Source of the DNA: Patescibacteria group bacterium
Lineage (GTDB): Bacteria; Patescibacteriota; Kazan-3B-28
Length of the DNA stretch: 64,000 nucleotides
Direction of reading: 5' to 3'
Assembly: GCA_028717565.1 (NCBI GenBank)
Contig: JAQUNP010000001.1
Span: forward strand, 112,997 to 176,996
Shown here: positions 62,001 through 64,000 of the stretch, piece by piece
How the letters are laid out: every line of letters begins with the position of its first letter
Position numbering within the stretch: position 1 is the stretch's first letter
Program-made: the position numbers and the translations under genes
Notes under the pieces: model-generated
Databases searched by the model: none
Seen by the model: the letters and a program-made list of their open reading frames with translations, nothing else
What the model was told of the DNA's origin: nothing

Positions 62001-62285
62001 ATGAAAAAGCGTAGGGAGCAACTCCAGGTCATAACCTGGGTAGAACGGTTGGCACCGTTCACTATGGCGCTGGCCTTCTGTTTGGTCTTGTGGCCAGTGG
62101 TCGTAGTGATCGGCATCGTCGTCGCCTTTTGTTTTCTCCCCCTTGTTCCAAAAGAACACATCGTGGCAGGATGGCTGTGTTGGTTTGGTCTGACCGTCCT
62201 TGCCGAATACCTGTTGGCTACGATGGGTATCTATCTGGCCCTAGCGAAACAGGACCGAAAGATGCGGAGGGGGGAAAGAAAATAA
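62001..62285 (+). CDS. Small 3-TM membrane protein (GC-rich island)
   Basis: Strong RBS AAGGAGGGGTGAgaaATG. Hydrophobic helices. Confidence 0.45.
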   Translation: MKKRREQLQVITWVERLAPFTMALAFCLVLWPVVVVIGIVVAFCFLPLVPKEHIVAGWLCWFGLTVLAEYLLATMGIYLALAKQDRKMRRGERK

Positions 62286-62418
62286 CATGGGCTCTTTTTC
62301 ACACTTACGAAGCTACCAGCTGGTACGCCAGCAGGTAGCTTCTTTGCTTGCCTTCGTATAAAAAAGTACGCCGGTGTGAGTCACGCCGGCGTATAACGGC
62401 TCTGTGGCACAGATGGCC

Positions 62419-62955
62419 CTAGCCACATTCGAAGCCACTGAATTCATGCTCCGCAACCGTTGCCGGAACCAGCTTGAAGCCAGTGCGAGGGACCAGGTAC
62501 CCATAGGTTTCCAGAACATCTTCGCTCTTGTGCTGGCCTTCGTTATCATCGTAAATCCGGAAGAAAACGATGCGGAACAGGGCTCGGTTGCTTTCCTCTT
62601 CCAGCGTTTCCAGCTCGGCTCGGTAGCTGTAGAGGTCAGAGGTTGATAGAGCCCTCGGGTCGGTGAGCCACCGTGAACGCTTCTGGCTCAGTTCAGCCAG
62701 TAATGGCTTCCCACGACGGCTGTCTACCTCGAGATCACAGACGCCGTAGAGGCCACTTTGCACCAGCAGGGGCAGCCCGAAGGGTGCTGCATCACCGGTA
62801 GCGGCCAAGAGCAACGTCCTGGCTGCTATGTTGGCCTGCGTCTGCCCGGGTTGACCTAGCCAACCCCCAAAAAAGCAGACGCAGCGTGGCAACGAATAAC
62901 GTGCCGACACTGCGATTTCTTTGGTGGCTGCTGCCACCAGTTGTGAGGATCCCAT
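62419..62955 (-). CDS. Hypothetical protein (GC-rich island)
   Basis: 178-aa ORF. A long ORF in GC-rich DNA could be spurious. Confidence 0.35.
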   Translation of the reverse strand: MGSSQLVAAATKEIAVSARYSLPRCVCFFGGWLGQPGQTQANIAARTLLLAATGDAAPFGLPLLVQSGLYGVCDLEVDSRRGKPLLAELSQKRSRWLTDPRALSTSDLYSYRAELETLEEESNRALFRIVFFRIYDDNEGQHKSEDVLETYGYLVPRTGFKLVPATVAEHEFSGFECG

Positions 62956-63050
62956 ATACCACGCTCCGGAAAATATGTGCTGCCTACAAAGTAGCGCATG
63001 GCGCTAGTTTTGTAAAGAAAAATCCTTTATAGAAGCAGATTTTTGGTATA

Positions 63051-63575
63051 ATGAACAGGATGAAAAAGAAGATTTATCTAGCAAGTGACTCTACCGATAT
63101 TAAAACCCTACGCGCCAAGAGCGAACGAGTCGAGAAGGTGGATGAAAAAATACGGCAACTGATTGCCGATATGTTTGAATCGATGCATGGAGGTGAAGAG
63201 AACGGCATCGGCCTATCAGCCCCACAGGTGGGTGAACTAAAAAGAATCATTATCGCGGAATACTCTAGCAAAGAGACACCTGTCCCCCGCACAGCCATCA
63301 TCAACCCAGAAATTATCTGGAGTTCAAAAAAGTTAGCTGAAGACGAGGAGGGCTGTCTGTCTTTCCCACAGATTTATGGCATGGTGAAACGGCCAGAAAG
63401 TATTCGATACAAAGGACTGGACGAAAATGGCAACCCCATCGAGAGAAAAGCTGGTGGTTTGTTGGCTCGAGTCATTCAGCACGAAATAGATCATTTGAAC
63501 GGAGTGCTGCTCCCCGACCGAGTGGAGGGAGATCTCTATACTTATGAAAAAACTGATGACGCCAACAAGTTATAA
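63051..63575 (+). CDS. def: Peptide deformylase
   Basis: GIGLSAPQVG, EGCLSFP and HEIDHLNG motifs. Confidence 0.92.
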   Translation: MNRMKKKIYLASDSTDIKTLRAKSERVEKVDEKIRQLIADMFESMHGGEENGIGLSAPQVGELKRIIIAEYSSKETPVPRTAIINPEIIWSSKKLAEDEEGCLSFPQIYGMVKRPESIRYKGLDENGNPIERKAGGLLARVIQHEIDHLNGVLLPDRVEGDLYTYEKTDDANKL

Positions 63576-64000
63576 AGTAATCTTCATGGGCACGCCCGAA
63601 TTTGCCGTCCCGTCATTGGATGGGCTGATTCATGATGAGCGGTTTGAGATAGTGGGGGTTGTCACCCAGCCAGACCGACCTCGAGGCCGTGGACAAAAAA
63701 TGCAAATGAGCCCGGTGCGAGAGATCGCCCAAAAGTATTCACTCAGAACCTTCCAACCCGAAAAAGTAAAAAATAATCCGGAGCTAATTACGGATATAAA
63801 AACTCTCTCCCCCGATATTATTGTAGTAGCAGCGTACGGAAAAATCCTACCACAGGAATTTTTGGATATTGGCAAGATTGTAAACATACATGGGTCTTTT
63901 TTGCCTAAATATCGCGGTGCCTCACCGATTGCAGCGGCTATTTTAAACGGCGAGCAACAAACTGGGATTACCTTGATGGAGATGACTTTGGGCATGGACG
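63556..64000 (+). CDS. fmt: Methionyl-tRNA formyltransferase, 5'-partial (continues past the window end)
   Basis: MTPTSYKVIFMGTPEFAVPSLDGL...VVTQPDRPRGRG. 20-nt overlap with def. No stop codon before the window end. Confidence 0.85.
   Translation, partial: MTPTSYKVIFMGTPEFAVPSLDGLIHDERFEIVGVVTQPDRPRGRGQKMQMSPVREIAQKYSLRTFQPEKVKNNPELITDIKTLSPDIIVVAAYGKILPQEFLDIGKIVNIHGSFLPKYRGASPIAAAILNGEQQTGITLMEMTLGMD

Noticed and set aside
62404-62646. 80-aa plus-strand ORF in the GC-rich island
   Set aside because: It overlaps the longer minus-strand ORF 62419..62955. Neither can be verified, so only the longer one is listed, at low confidence.

Overview
This window reads as a gene-dense bacterial chromosome segment of roughly 45 % GC with a Gram-positive/monoderm-style envelope gene set, possibly a reduced-genome Patescibacteria-like lineage (an inference from the short ThrRS, the orphan substrate-binding protein, the unlinked rRNA genes and the long RNase P RNA).

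**Layout, 5' to 3':**
- 1..13.8 kb, minus strand: the conserved translation/transcription block rplW-rplD-rplC-rpsJ-tuf-fusA-rpsG-rpsL-rpoC-rpoB.
- 14..17.4 kb, minus strand: a small envelope/stress block (tandem-domain secreted protein, HtpX, LemA, DUF218, LysM).
- 17.5..19.0 kb, minus strand: seven tRNAs (Leu-CAG, Leu-TAA, Cys, Gly, Phe, Val-TAC, Leu-AAG), a NUDIX gene embedded among them, and a 3 x 56-bp tandem repeat.
- 19..23.5 kb: an orphan family-5 substrate-binding protein, secG, bactofilin, a catalytically degenerate DAGK-like gene, and infC-rpmI-rplT.
- 23.9..29.7 kb, minus strand: a surface-polysaccharide locus (DUF4012-like protein, two GT4 glycosyltransferases, WbaP-like priming transferase), followed by tRNA-Val(GAC), udk and a roughly 550-nt RNase P RNA.
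- 31..38 kb: thrS, miaA, a gtrB/gtrA-like pair, a methyltransferase, tRNA-Pro and argS.
- 37.9..52.6 kb, plus strand: the most interesting part. A consensus sigma70 promoter sits directly upstream of a co-directional, tightly packed locus encoding three proteins that share a WxL-like C-terminal module, a DUF916/DUF3324-like anchored protein with two C-terminal LysM repeats, a GT-C-like membrane protein, a class-A beta-lactamase-like serine hydrolase, CapA, two paralogous membrane-anchored coiled-coil proteins and ComM/YifB. This looks like a Csc-type cell-surface complex locus.
- 52.9..56.8 kb, minus strand: 5S and an approximately 3.2-kb 23S rRNA with no linked 16S, and a small ORF in the 23S-5S spacer.
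- 56.8..64 kb: accessory-looking region with small unknown ORFs, a hairpin-rich noncoding stretch, a protein with an Rx4H (HEPN-like) motif, an approximately 1.5-kb GC-rich island, then def-fmt.

All functional calls rest on motif recognition in the supplied translations. No database search was run.
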